Below are positions 39,629-49,244 of a stretch of 64,000 bases of DNA, piece by piece. Made by a program: the position numbers and the translations under genes. This DNA comes from Thermodesulfobacteriota bacterium (GTDB lineage: Bacteria > Desulfobacterota > Desulfobacteria > Desulfobacterales > SURF-7): positions 1 to 64,000 of the forward strand of contig JBMORA010000024.1 of assembly GCA_049320885.1 (NCBI GenBank), in the 5' to 3' direction. Each line of letters starts with the position of its first letter. The stretch's first letter is position 1. A model generated the notes under the pieces. That model searched no databases. It was not told the DNA's origin and saw nothing but the letters and a program-made list of their open reading frames with translations.

Positions 39629-40113
39629 GGGATAAAACCTGTTTCAGGAGTCACCGCTATGGTGATGGATTTTCCTTCCGAATGGAGCGAAACCGTTGCA
39701 CCGCCCGTCACAAGACCGGGGATATCGCGGCAGGGTCGCCCCCAGGTGTCAAACGAGATGATGCTGAATCCAATGGGCGTGATTCTTTCCCGGGACAAAT
39801 CGATCAGATCGGTCTCCTCTCCGGGCAGACGCACGGTTTTCTCCACACCTTCTTCATACTGAAAGAGCCGGTAGGTTTTCCCGGAGGGGTCGTATCGAAG
39901 CCCCCATACGCTGCTGGTGCTGAGGGCCCTTGCCTGGGCATATCGCAGGTGCGCCTTGATGTTGTCGGCTCTCGCCGTAAGTTGTATCGGATCCTGAAAC
40001 GCCCGGCCGACGACAATCGCACCGATCACGCCGATGATAAACAGAACGGCGATGATTTCCACCAGCGTCAATCCCCGGTTGTCCATTACCATTGGCTTTT
40101 TTGTCGTGTCCAT
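39625..40113 (-). CDS. Prepilin (FimT/GspH-like)
   Basis: RG|LTLVEII, LRYAQ, FDTWGRP, ETG; start could be a downstream Met. Confidence 0.85.
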   Translation of the reverse strand: MDTTKKPMVMDNRGLTLVEIIAVLFIIGVIGAIVVGRAFQDPIQLTARADNIKAHLRYAQARALSTSSVWGLRYDPSGKTYRLFQYEEGVEKTVRLPGEETDLIDLSRERITPIGFSIISFDTWGRPCRDIPGLVTGGATVSLHSEGKSITIAVTPETGFIP

Positions 40114-40200
40114 CGTCCGCCATCGTCGTCGGCTTCCCGTACGGGTATACTCAATTTATTGTTTCCGGGATACATGTCAAGAAAAACCTTCCCCCGCCGT

Positions 40201-41313
40201 TCAATTCAACGGGAGAGAGCTTCCGGTGGCGGCTTCAATTTTTTCCCGGATGCGGTGGGCATCCTGCATCCGTTTCCATATCCGCCCCCGAATCCACGGG
40301 TCCGCTCCGTACCGCTTCATCGCGGCTTCAAATCGATCTTCCAGGTTGACGCTCCGATCCCCTTTGACCAGTTTGTCCGCGAGATACAACACCTCGGCGC
40401 AGGTCGGCCGAGCCTCGCCGGAGCATTCAATGTCCGTATGGCTCGCGACGATGCGGGCGGTCTCCGGAAATCCCATGTCCATCAGCAATTCCGCGGCCCG
40501 TTTCTCGTGATGAGGGCAGCCCTTGGCCAGATCGTGAAGGAGGGCGGCCGAAACGATAAGGTTGCTGTCCATCCGCCATCCGGCCCGCGACAAGACGGCG
40601 CAAATCCTTTCCGCCACAGCGGCCACCGTTTGACAATGACGGTAAACCGCTTCCGTTACGCGGACGACATCCCGCAGGATGGCCTCGCATTCGTTCCGGT
40701 TGGGAACGGCAAACCGTTCCCAGCGTTCCAGAGCCGCTTCGTAATCCGCCGGCGTATCGATATCGAACAGGATGTTTTCATCCGCCACCGCGACCGGAAC
40801 GGTCCCGGGGGCAAGACGGTCCAGGACGCCTTTCAGGCCTTCCTTTCCGCACCACGACCGGATGGTGTCGAAATATTCCCGCGGAATGATCACCGGATGG
40901 CCCCGTTTTCCCCGGAAGCAGGGAATCAGGATGCGGTCCCGGTCGCGGTGATGGGACTCCAGCAGGAACCGGACGGTCCAGGGCCGGATCAGGGGGATGT
41001 CCGCCGGCAGAAGGATGACGGCTTCCGTCTCCGGTTCCATGGCATCCAGGGCAAGCCGCACGGAAGAAAACATTTCCAGGTGATCTCTGCGGTTGACGAT
41101 GTTGCGCACTGCGGCGGTTTCGAAAAGCGGAGCCAGCTGCTCCCGTCCATGGCCGGTGACGACGCAGATATCCTCTATCCCGGCCTTTCGGAACAAAGCG
41201 ACGGTCCGTTCCACCATGGTCACCCCACCGATGGGCAGCAGCGGTTTGAAACGCCCCATCCGGCTGGAATTTCCCGCCGCCAGAACGACCGCCGTTATTC
41301 CCCGCCGATCCAT
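40201..41313 (-). CDS. MocA-like molybdopterin cytidylyltransferase fused to HD domain
   Basis: LAAGNSSRMG..K, GHPV, DIDTPADY; C-terminal H..LHD..YLADK. Confidence 0.88.
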   Translation of the reverse strand: MDRRGITAVVLAAGNSSRMGRFKPLLPIGGVTMVERTVALFRKAGIEDICVVTGHGREQLAPLFETAAVRNIVNRRDHLEMFSSVRLALDAMEPETEAVILLPADIPLIRPWTVRFLLESHHRDRDRILIPCFRGKRGHPVIIPREYFDTIRSWCGKEGLKGVLDRLAPGTVPVAVADENILFDIDTPADYEAALERWERFAVPNRNECEAILRDVVRVTEAVYRHCQTVAAVAERICAVLSRAGWRMDSNLIVSAALLHDLAKGCPHHEKRAAELLMDMGFPETARIVASHTDIECSGEARPTCAEVLYLADKLVKGDRSVNLEDRFEAAMKRYGADPWIRGRIWKRMQDAHRIREKIEAATGSSLPLN

Positions 41314-42356
41314 TTTCGTTTCCGTGACCGCTGGTCGATGAGCTCGCCGACAATGCTGACCGCTATTTCCTCCGGCGTTTCCGTATCGATGGGCAGACCG
41401 ATGGGACTGCGGACTCGCCCCAGGTCTGTTTCCGTGAAGCCTTCCGCGAGGAGGGCGGCGTATATCCGGTCGCGTTTTTTCCGGCTGCCGATCATCCCGA
41501 TGTATCCGGCCTTGGTTTTCAGGGCCTGGGCCAACACGGTCATGTCATGCACATGTCCCCGGGTGGCGATGACCACATAGCTGTCGGCATCGACATCGAG
41601 GTTTGCGAAGCATTCCTCGAAAGAATCGAGCAACCGGACCTCGGCGGGAGGTTGGAATCGGCATGGATCGGCGTATTCCTCCCTGTCGTCCAACACCACG
41701 GTGCGGAACCCCACGTGAACGGCCAGGGCCGAAACCTCCCCGGCCACATGTCCGGCGCCGAAGATATAGACGGGCGGCCGCCCCTCCAGTACGTCGATGC
41801 AGTACTTCCGGCCTTCCGATATTAGCAGGGTCGAGCCCGCCGCTTGCCGGCTCATGCGCCGCAGGGATTCCCGGATTTCGTCAGGGACGGGGAACGGCGG
41901 GTTGTCGCGACCGTCCCTGGTCCAGAAACGACCCAGGCAGCGGAGTCTGTTATCCTCGCCTTCGAATCCGGTGCATACAATGGTCATCCGGTGATCCCTG
42001 CCGGCTTTCAGTACGGATTCAAGGAAGGTGACGGTCTCCTCCTCCGGAGCGATATGTTCGCAAAGGACGGCAAGACGGCCGCCGCAGATCATGTCGGTCT
42101 CGGCCGCCGTCTCCGCGGAAAGCTCCATGACGGACAAAACGGAATGCCGGGTGGTGAAAATCTCCCTTGCCATCCGGATCACCGCCGCCTCCACCGGCCC
42201 GCCGCCGATGGTTCCGGCCATCCGCCTGTCCCTGCGGATGATCATGCCGGCGCCCGCTGTCCGGGGCGTCGACCCCCTGCTGTGGACAATCCTGGCGAGA
42301 ACCACCCCTTCCCCGGCCTTCAGGATTTCCAACGCTGCCGGAAACATGTCGTTCAT
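41295..42356 (-). CDS. xdhC: XdhC/CoxI Mo-hydroxylase maturation factor
   Basis: GSTPR, GTIGGG, CGG, GAGHV, YIGMIGS, PIGL. Confidence 0.92.
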   Translation of the reverse strand: MNDMFPAALEILKAGEGVVLARIVHSRGSTPRTAGAGMIIRRDRRMAGTIGGGPVEAAVIRMAREIFTTRHSVLSVMELSAETAAETDMICGGRLAVLCEHIAPEEETVTFLESVLKAGRDHRMTIVCTGFEGEDNRLRCLGRFWTRDGRDNPPFPVPDEIRESLRRMSRQAAGSTLLISEGRKYCIDVLEGRPPVYIFGAGHVAGEVSALAVHVGFRTVVLDDREEYADPCRFQPPAEVRLLDSFEECFANLDVDADSYVVIATRGHVHDMTVLAQALKTKAGYIGMIGSRKKRDRIYAALLAEGFTETDLGRVRSPIGLPIDTETPEEIAVSIVGELIDQRSRKRKWIGGE

Positions 42357-42400
42357 TGCATTTCATCCATGGTGTTTCAACCGTCGCTCCCCCGCCGGAC

Positions 42401-42772
42401 TCATTTCTTCTTAAAATTGCCGGTGGCGTATCCCAGAAAAATGTTCAGCGGAATGCTCAGGGTTTTGTCTCCCCTGATCTCCAGATCCCGGTTGGCTTCC
42501 GCCTTGAACAGACCGGTGGGATCCGGATTCGTCAATACCTTGAAGGCCGTGTTTCCGTCCCGCCACACATAGGCGACGTCATATTCGTTAAGGACATTGT
42601 CCGTGGCAAACGTACCGTCCCGGAAAAGGAAGCGTTTCCCGCGCCGGCCGTCCCTGGTCATCATGACGAACCGGTAATGATGGGTCTTCAGCATATCGCG
42701 GACGTATTTTTTGAGGGTGATGTGCAGCCGGATGATCAGGGGCAGAATGGTCATCAGGAGTGAGAATTTCAT
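42401..42772 (-). CDS. Small hypothetical protein (possible SCP2-like fold)
   Basis: In operon 4 bp after the FAD subunit; LEIRGD resembles the SCP2 C-terminal motif. Confidence 0.65.
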   Translation of the reverse strand: MKFSLLMTILPLIIRLHITLKKYVRDMLKTHHYRFVMMTRDGRRGKRFLFRDGTFATDNVLNEYDVAYVWRDGNTAFKVLTNPDPTGLFKAEANRDLEIRGDKTLSIPLNIFLGYATGNFKKK

Positions 42773-42776
42773 ACCG

Positions 42777-43766
42777 TCATCCTCCGGAAACGGCGCCGCA
42801 GGCCAGAATCGTTCGTTGAACCAGCGCTTTGGCGATGGTCACCATGTAGGCATTCGCTTCCATGGGTTTGGCCTCGGCGACGGCCGCTTTCCCGGCTGCT
42901 TCCGCGCTGGTTTCATCGATGGCTTTTCCCGTCAGCGCCCGTTCCGCCGCCAAGGCCCTGCGGGGAACGACGCTTACGGCATTCAGGTATATCCGGACAT
43001 GGGTCACGGCGTCCTTTTCCCGCCGGATGACCGCGGCGCAATTGACGATGGGGAAATCGATGGATTTACGCAGGGCGAATTTCAGGAAAGCGCTGGAGGT
43101 GCCCGGCTCCGGCTCCGGCACCCGAATGGCCGTAACGATTTCATCTCGGTCCAGAACCGTTGTATGGTGAACACCCACCTGAAAAAATTCCGAAGCGGGG
43201 ATGATCCGTTTCGACGTGACGATCCCGGCGTTCATCGCCAGCACCGCCGGCGCCGTATCGCTGGGATGCACGGCGTAACAACCGCCTTCGACGCTCCCGC
43301 CGAATATCGAATGGTAGCGGTTGTCCCCCCGGATGGCGTAGCACCGGCCGCCGCCTTTGCGCAGGCAGGAAAACCGGTTGTTCGGCGTCCGGTAATACCA
43401 GCAGCGGATGTCCTGGCAGAGATTGCCGGCGATGGTGCCCATATTCCGCAGCTGCGGGGAAGCGGTCCGGCCGGCGGCTGCGGCTATGGCCGTATATTTC
43501 CGGCGGATGAGCGGATGGTCCGCCACCTGGGCGAGGGTGGCGAGGGCGCCGATGGAGAGGGCCCCGTCCTGCTCCCGGATCTCGTCCAGACCCGGAATGG
43601 TCTTGATGTTGATCAGGGCTTCCGGGTAGTCCGGCAGGTTGCGGTCCTTCATTTTGCCCAGAAGGTCGGTACCGCCGGCGATCATGTCCGCCTTTCCCCC
43701 ATAACGCTGCAACAACGCAACGGCTTCGTCCACGGAACAGGCGTTGAAATGCATGAAGTCTTTCAT
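42777..43766 (-). CDS. Xanthine-oxidase-family FAD subunit with extra 4Fe-4S insert (PaoB/HcrB type)
   Basis: AGGTDL, ASPQLRNMGT.AGN, LCQ..RC.YYR..C......C...C. Confidence 0.9.
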   Translation of the reverse strand: MKDFMHFNACSVDEAVALLQRYGGKADMIAGGTDLLGKMKDRNLPDYPEALINIKTIPGLDEIREQDGALSIGALATLAQVADHPLIRRKYTAIAAAAGRTASPQLRNMGTIAGNLCQDIRCWYYRTPNNRFSCLRKGGGRCYAIRGDNRYHSIFGGSVEGGCYAVHPSDTAPAVLAMNAGIVTSKRIIPASEFFQVGVHHTTVLDRDEIVTAIRVPEPEPGTSSAFLKFALRKSIDFPIVNCAAVIRREKDAVTHVRIYLNAVSVVPRRALAAERALTGKAIDETSAEAAGKAAVAEAKPMEANAYMVTIAKALVQRTILACGAVSGG

Positions 43767-43771
43767 CGGCG

Positions 43772-44371
43772 CTACCTCGTTTTATGGGCAGGTGATTTCA
43801 GTTTTTCCGCAGCCTCCCGAACGGCGATGACATGCTGGGGGTAGGTGCCGCAGCGGCATAAATTGCCGGAAAGGGCTTGGCGGATATCCTGCTCGTCCGG
43901 CGCGGGATTGGCGTCGAGGAGCGCCTTGGATGTGACCACGAAGCCCGGCGTGCAGTAGCCGCATTGCATGGCGTGATGCCGGACATAGGACTCGATCAGG
44001 GGGTGCCCGGTTTCGGCAATGCCTTCCACGGTTTCGATGGTTTTCCCGTCGCATTCCAGCGCCAGGATCATGCAGGAAAGCACCGGCTTCCCGTCCAGAA
44101 TGACCGAGCAGGAACCACAGGCGCCGTGGTCGCAGAATTGTTTGGAGCCCGTCAGACCGAGCCGGTCATGAATAAGGTGGTACAATGTCCAGCCGGGCCT
44201 GACATCCGGCGAATACTCCTTCCCGTTGATCCGAATCCGGATGCGGCCGCCGGGAGCCGGCAGCCTGCTTCCCCGGTGAATCGTCAGCATATGTTCCTTC
44301 AGCCCCTCCAGCGAAGGGAAATGCCCGTTGCAATGGGGGCACGTAAATTCTTTTATCTCCCGATCGGCCAT
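43772..44371 (-). CDS. CoxS-type 2x[2Fe-2S] subunit with N-terminal C2H2 zinc finger
   Basis: C..GACGSC..C, QCGYC, NLCRC; N-terminal CPHC-x12-H-x4-H. Confidence 0.9.
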   Translation of the reverse strand: MADREIKEFTCPHCNGHFPSLEGLKEHMLTIHRGSRLPAPGGRIRIRINGKEYSPDVRPGWTLYHLIHDRLGLTGSKQFCDHGACGSCSVILDGKPVLSCMILALECDGKTIETVEGIAETGHPLIESYVRHHAMQCGYCTPGFVVTSKALLDANPAPDEQDIRQALSGNLCRCGTYPQHVIAVREAAEKLKSPAHKTR

Positions 44372-44387
44372 GGCTTCTACCTCCCTG

Positions 44388-46847
44388 TTAGCGTTTCCCG
44401 AGTGCCTTGAGCACCTTGTCCGGCGTAATCGGATGATCGTCGATCCACACTCCGATGGCGTTGTATACGGCCGGACCGATGAGTCCGGTCATGACCGTGC
44501 CCACATCCTCCCCGATCCCGACGGAACCGTAGGGTCCGTACCCCATTCCGCTTTCCACCAAGATCGTTTCGATGGGCGCGTCCACATCCAGGGTGGTGGC
44601 GATTTTATAATCCAGCAGGTTGCCGTTGAGCATGACGCCGGTGACGGGATCGTAAATCATTTCCTCGAATTTTCCCCGGCTCAATCCCATGATGGACCCG
44701 CCGTATTGCTGCCCCTCGCAACTCATGGGATTGATGGCCTTGCCCACATCGTTCACGTTGACCACCTTGACGATGTGGATCGCACCGGTAGCGGTATCCA
44801 CCTCGATTTCGAGGAAATGGGCCTGTCGGGTCAGATGGGGCCGGGGATTCTGGGGATTGTAACTCCCCACCTGGACATGGTAGCTGAAGGCAAACAACGG
44901 TTCCGTGAAGGCCCACCGGAAGCCCCCGCTTTCCGTCGAGGTGAGGGGGCCCGACTGCCCGGCTTCCCGGACGAAGTCCGCCAGGCGGATCCGCTCCGAC
45001 GGTGCGGATTTTTTCACAATCACGCTGTCGATGATGTCCAGTTCCTCGGGCTGGCAATCCGGAAATGCCGGCCGGAAACTGCCCCGCTGGGTTTTGGCCG
45101 TCGGCGCCACCGCCGCTTCCAGAATCCGCTGCTTCAGAATCCGGGCCGCATGCCGCACGGCCCACCCGTTGACGGACATATTGGTGGAGGAATCCGGGGA
45201 CATCCGGAAAAAGCCGGGATCGATCTGGGGATTGTAGCGCACATCCTCCAGGCGAAGCCCCAGTTCGTCGGCGGCGATGCGACAGTAGGTGTTTTCCGCG
45301 TCAACCCCGTTATCGCATCCCATGGCGAGAATGGAAGCGGTGCCGTCGTTACGTTCGATGCGGATGGCCATTTCGGCGGAGCCCAGGGAATCATCCCACT
45401 CGTTGGTCCAGGAAAACCCGAGGCCGTGCAGCCGGCCGTTGGGCAGTCTCCGGGCCCCGGGCGGATGCCATTTGGCGTCCCAGTCCATGGCCGCCTTGCC
45501 TTTTTCCACGCATTCCTTCAGGCTGTCGATGACGGGAAAACCCAGCTTTTTTTTCTCCTCGTCCAGATGGGTCTTGCCATGCCCTTCGACACCGTCGTTC
45601 CTCAAGGCGACTTCCACCGGGTCGAGCCCGCATTCGGCGGCCACGCGGCTGAAAATCATGGTCAGGCTCAAGGTGGTGGGCAGTTGTTCGCACCGCGTGG
45701 GGACGGCCGGCCCTTTGTTGATCCAAATGCTCTCCACTTTTCCATACAGATGAGGGATCTTCGTGGTTTCCCGCAGGTGGTTCACGGGATTGAACACCGG
45801 CCAGATCTGATTGGCGCAGATGGAGACCGCTTCCACGGCGAGGATGGTTCCATCCTTGTTGAAGCCCACCTTGAAACGGTAGATGCCGTCGTCCATGGAT
45901 TGGCCGTAGAAATCCTCCCGCCGGCTGAACACGTATTTCACCGGACGGCCGGTCTTCCTGGCCACGAATCCGGCGCAGTACAAGGGCCCCATGTTCCAGG
46001 GCACCTGCACCCAGCCGCCGAAGCTGGCTCCCTGATACAGGCAGTGCAACTGGATGCTGTTCATGGGGATGCCGCCATACCAGGTGGACATGTTTTTCTT
46101 GACCAGATGGGGGCGCTGCTGTTTCACCCACACCTCGGGGCAATCACCCTTCCACCGGAAAACCCCGCAGGGCCGTTCCGGGCCGATCCAGGTATGGCCG
46201 CGGCGCACAAACTCGAATTCGATGGTCCGCTCGGCTTCGGCAAACCCCTTTTTCACGTCACCCTGGGTCATGACGTCGAAGAGGCCGTTGTTCCAATAGT
46301 TGGCGTCCGGATACATTTCGGGATAGGAGAGATGGGCATGCTTCTCCCGGGCTTTCCGGATGTCCAGATGAAAGGGCCGCTCTTCCCACTCGACGCGGAT
46401 GAGGGCCAGGGCCTCCTCGGCGATGGCCTCGGTTTCCGCCGCCACGGCGGCTCCCATGGGCTCGCCCTCGAAATGGGCGATGCCGGAAAGCGGCGCGGGA
46501 TCGCCGTAAAGGCCCGCCACTTTTCCCAGACTGGCACGCTGCGGCAATTCGGGATGGTCGTAGCGCAGGACGAAGCGCACGCCGGGAAACCGCTCGGCCT
46601 CGCTCGTATCCATCCTCTTGATGGCGGCGTGGGGGAACGGCGAATCCAGAAAGCGCAGATACAGCATGCCGGGAAGCTGGACGTCCATGGTGTAGTCCGC
46701 TTTTCCGCTGGCCTTCGGAAGACCGTCCAGTCGGCGGGGGCCGCGCTTGCCCACATGGGTGCAGGTTTTGAGCGGAAACGGGTCGGCGCGCAGGTTGTCC
46801 TGCATGTCGCGCATGATCTGTTTCTCTTTCTCCGACAGAAGATCCAT
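44388..46847 (-). CDS. Xanthine-oxidase-family molybdopterin-binding subunit
   Basis: KASGKADY, SFGG, KTGRPVK, DVGKAINP..EGQ..G, GIGE. Confidence 0.92.
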   Translation of the reverse strand: MDLLSEKEKQIMRDMQDNLRADPFPLKTCTHVGKRGPRRLDGLPKASGKADYTMDVQLPGMLYLRFLDSPFPHAAIKRMDTSEAERFPGVRFVLRYDHPELPQRASLGKVAGLYGDPAPLSGIAHFEGEPMGAAVAAETEAIAEEALALIRVEWEERPFHLDIRKAREKHAHLSYPEMYPDANYWNNGLFDVMTQGDVKKGFAEAERTIEFEFVRRGHTWIGPERPCGVFRWKGDCPEVWVKQQRPHLVKKNMSTWYGGIPMNSIQLHCLYQGASFGGWVQVPWNMGPLYCAGFVARKTGRPVKYVFSRREDFYGQSMDDGIYRFKVGFNKDGTILAVEAVSICANQIWPVFNPVNHLRETTKIPHLYGKVESIWINKGPAVPTRCEQLPTTLSLTMIFSRVAAECGLDPVEVALRNDGVEGHGKTHLDEEKKKLGFPVIDSLKECVEKGKAAMDWDAKWHPPGARRLPNGRLHGLGFSWTNEWDDSLGSAEMAIRIERNDGTASILAMGCDNGVDAENTYCRIAADELGLRLEDVRYNPQIDPGFFRMSPDSSTNMSVNGWAVRHAARILKQRILEAAVAPTAKTQRGSFRPAFPDCQPEELDIIDSVIVKKSAPSERIRLADFVREAGQSGPLTSTESGGFRWAFTEPLFAFSYHVQVGSYNPQNPRPHLTRQAHFLEIEVDTATGAIHIVKVVNVNDVGKAINPMSCEGQQYGGSIMGLSRGKFEEMIYDPVTGVMLNGNLLDYKIATTLDVDAPIETILVESGMGYGPYGSVGIGEDVGTVMTGLIGPAVYNAIGVWIDDHPITPDKVLKALGKR

Positions 46848-46856
46848 GTAAGCCTC

Positions 46857-48101
46857 CTATGGGGCGATGGCCGGCCCTCTTCCGGCATAATTCCGGATGT
46901 AGGCCGCCTGTTGAATCAGATTGGTGTAATCCGCCCGGAAGTACCGGAGGGAATCCAGAACCGGAACCGGAGCGGCCTGCCCCAATCCGCATAACGCACC
47001 CTGGGACATGACCCGTGACAATTCTTCCAGAACCCGAATATCGTCTTCCACGCCTTCACCCGACGCGATCCTATCGTAAACCCCTTTCATGACTTCCAGG
47101 CCGTCCCGGCAGGGCGTGCATTTGCCGCAGGACTCCTCGTGCAGAAAGGTCATGTCGTTGCGGACCGCATCGACGATGTTGCGGGAGGAATTCAGCACCA
47201 CAATAGCGCCGCAGCCGAGATAGGCTTCGTGGCACAAAGGGCTGTCGAGCATATGCGCCGGAAGGATGTTGCCGGTTGCGCCACCGATCTGAACCGCCTT
47301 GATGTCCCGGGCCCCTGCCAAATCCACCACCAGTTCCTTCAGGGAGGCGCCCATGGGAAGCTCATACACACCCGGATTCCGGACATCGCCGCTGACGCTG
47401 AAAACCTTGGTGCCCTTGCTCCGCCTGGTGCCGATGGCGCTGAATTCGCGGGCGCCGTGTTGGATGATGTACGGGATGTTCATCAGGGTCTCGACATTGT
47501 TGATGACGGTGGGCTGCCCGAAAAGTCCCCGGACGGGGGGATAGGGGGGCTTGAAGCGCGATTCCCCCCGCAGGCCTTCCAGGGAGTTCATCAGGGCCGA
47601 CTCCTCCCCGCAGATGTACGCGCCGGCTCCCTCGAACAAAACGATGTCCATTTGCTGCAAGAATCCCCGGGAGCGGACCTGCTCCAAAGCCCGCGAAAGC
47701 GGGTCGAAAAGCGAATGATATTCCGCCCGCAGGTAGATGGTGCCTGCGGTCGCGCCGATGGCCAGGCCGGCGATGCACATGCCTTCGATGAGCCCGAAGG
47801 GATCATGGGTCAGCAGGTAGCGGTCCTTGAAGGCGCCCACTTCACCTTCGTCCGCGTTGCAGATCAGAAATTTCCGCCCGGCTTTGGTGTTTTTGGCCAG
47901 TTGCCATTTCAGGCCGCAGCTGAATCCGGCGCCGCCCCGGCCGGTGAGTCCGGATTGCCGGACTTCTTCGATGATGTGATCCGGTTTCATGAAGTCCCGG
48001 GCCTTCCGGAAGGCTGCGAAACCGCCTCTTCCGAGGTACGATTCCAGGTCCCGGGAGTCCGCGGCGCCGCAGTTTCTCAATACGATCCGTTTCTCAGGCA
48101 A
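46857..48101 (-). CDS. NuoF/HoxF-type FMN NADH-binding subunit
   Basis: GRGGAGF, NADEGE, GAGAYICGEE, CGKCTPCR..C; TTG start after GAGGAGG. Confidence 0.92.
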   Translation of the reverse strand: MPEKRIVLRNCGAADSRDLESYLGRGGFAAFRKARDFMKPDHIIEEVRQSGLTGRGGAGFSCGLKWQLAKNTKAGRKFLICNADEGEVGAFKDRYLLTHDPFGLIEGMCIAGLAIGATAGTIYLRAEYHSLFDPLSRALEQVRSRGFLQQMDIVLFEGAGAYICGEESALMNSLEGLRGESRFKPPYPPVRGLFGQPTVINNVETLMNIPYIIQHGAREFSAIGTRRSKGTKVFSVSGDVRNPGVYELPMGASLKELVVDLAGARDIKAVQIGGATGNILPAHMLDSPLCHEAYLGCGAIVVLNSSRNIVDAVRNDMTFLHEESCGKCTPCRDGLEVMKGVYDRIASGEGVEDDIRVLEELSRVMSQGALCGLGQAAPVPVLDSLRYFRADYTNLIQQAAYIRNYAGRGPAIAP

Positions 48102-48119
48102 GGGCGCGCCTCCTCTTTG

Positions 48120-49244
48120 TCAATAGGCCCGCAGGATATCCGCTATCCTGTCCGGATGCACATTCCCGTAAAGCTCGTCGTTGACCAGCATGGCCGGCGC
48201 CTGGTCGCAGGCGCCGATGCAGCCCGCCAGTTCCAGGGAAAACCGCCCGTCGGAAGTGGTCTCCCCCGGACCGATGCCCAACTCCCGCTGCAGGGCCGCC
48301 ATCACGGCCCTTCCTGCCTTCAATTCACAGGGCAGGCAGCGGCAGACCCGGATGCGGTTGACCTCTCCGCCCTCCCTGGGCAGAAAGGCGTAAAAACTGG
48401 ACACTCCAAAGGTTTCAGCCAGGGAAAGACCGGTTTTCCGGGCCGCCGTGGCCATGGATTCCGCGGACAGGCTCCCCTTCCGGCCCAGTTCTTCCTTGAG
48501 CAGGGGTAGCAGGCGGGCGCATGCGGATTCCGGCGCATGTTTCGAACTTTCGCGCCGGCGCCCCGGCCCCGATTTCCCGCCGGGTCGAGTGACCGGCTCC
48601 CGCCGGGGATCGCTCAGGGCCCCGGTGGGACAGTATTCGATGCACACGCCGCAATCCCTGCATGCTTCCATGGTCAGGGCGGCGTCGTATCCCGCGATGA
48701 TCTTGCTGGCAAACCCGCGGTAGCCGACGCTCAGGATCCGCTTTCCGGCGATTTCCCCGCAGGCGGTGATGCATCGCCGGCACATAATGCATTTCGACAG
48801 ATCCCGCCGCACATAGGGGTTGGCGTCTTCCGCCGGATACGATCGCGGCTGCGCGATGGCGAAACGGGGCGCACCGACCTCCTGATTCGAGGCGAGACAA
48901 TGCAATCCGCAGGAGTCGGCGTTGGGGTCGCTTACACAATTGCCGGTATGGGCCGCGAGCATCAGCTCCACGACACCCCGGCGGACATCCAGAACCCTGG
49001 GACTCCGGGTGTGGATCACCATGCCTTCCGCGATCGGCGTATGGCATGACCCGGCAAGAGTCCGGGCCCATTCCACCTCCACCACGCACACCCGGCAGAC
49101 CCCGGTGGGCGGGTGGCCTTCGATATGGCACAAGGTCGGAATCTCAATGCCCGCCCGGCGGGCCGCCTCCAGGATGGTCGTTCCCTTGCGGAAGGAGACC
49201 ATTTTCCCGTCGATGGTTGCTTTTCGTGTAAACCGTGCAAACAT
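48120..49244 (-). CDS. NuoG/HoxU-like Fe-S domain fused to C-terminal NuoE-like 2Fe-2S domain
   Basis: IPTLC..CRVC..C; CIMCRRC..C; CRDCGVC..CP; linker; C....C..CIGAC. Confidence 0.9.
   Translation of the reverse strand: MFARFTRKATIDGKMVSFRKGTTILEAARRAGIEIPTLCHIEGHPPTGVCRVCVVEVEWARTLAGSCHTPIAEGMVIHTRSPRVLDVRRGVVELMLAAHTGNCVSDPNADSCGLHCLASNQEVGAPRFAIAQPRSYPAEDANPYVRRDLSKCIMCRRCITACGEIAGKRILSVGYRGFASKIIAGYDAALTMEACRDCGVCIEYCPTGALSDPRREPVTRPGGKSGPGRRRESSKHAPESACARLLPLLKEELGRKGSLSAESMATAARKTGLSLAETFGVSSFYAFLPREGGEVNRIRVCRCLPCELKAGRAVMAALQRELGIGPGETTSDGRFSLELAGCIGACDQAPAMLVNDELYGNVHPDRIADILRAY

Noticed and set aside
39619..41580. 653-aa plus-strand ORF
   Set aside because: Antisense to the prepilin, MocA-HD and xdhC genes; no recognisable domains
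44328..46994. 888-aa plus-strand ORF
   Set aside because: Antisense shadow of the Mo subunit; no motifs; expected from GC-rich codon bias
46857..49244. Respiratory complex I or bifurcating hydrogenase
   Set aside because: No membrane Nuo subunits, no H-cluster or NiFe subunit, and no HydB C-terminal ferredoxin domain
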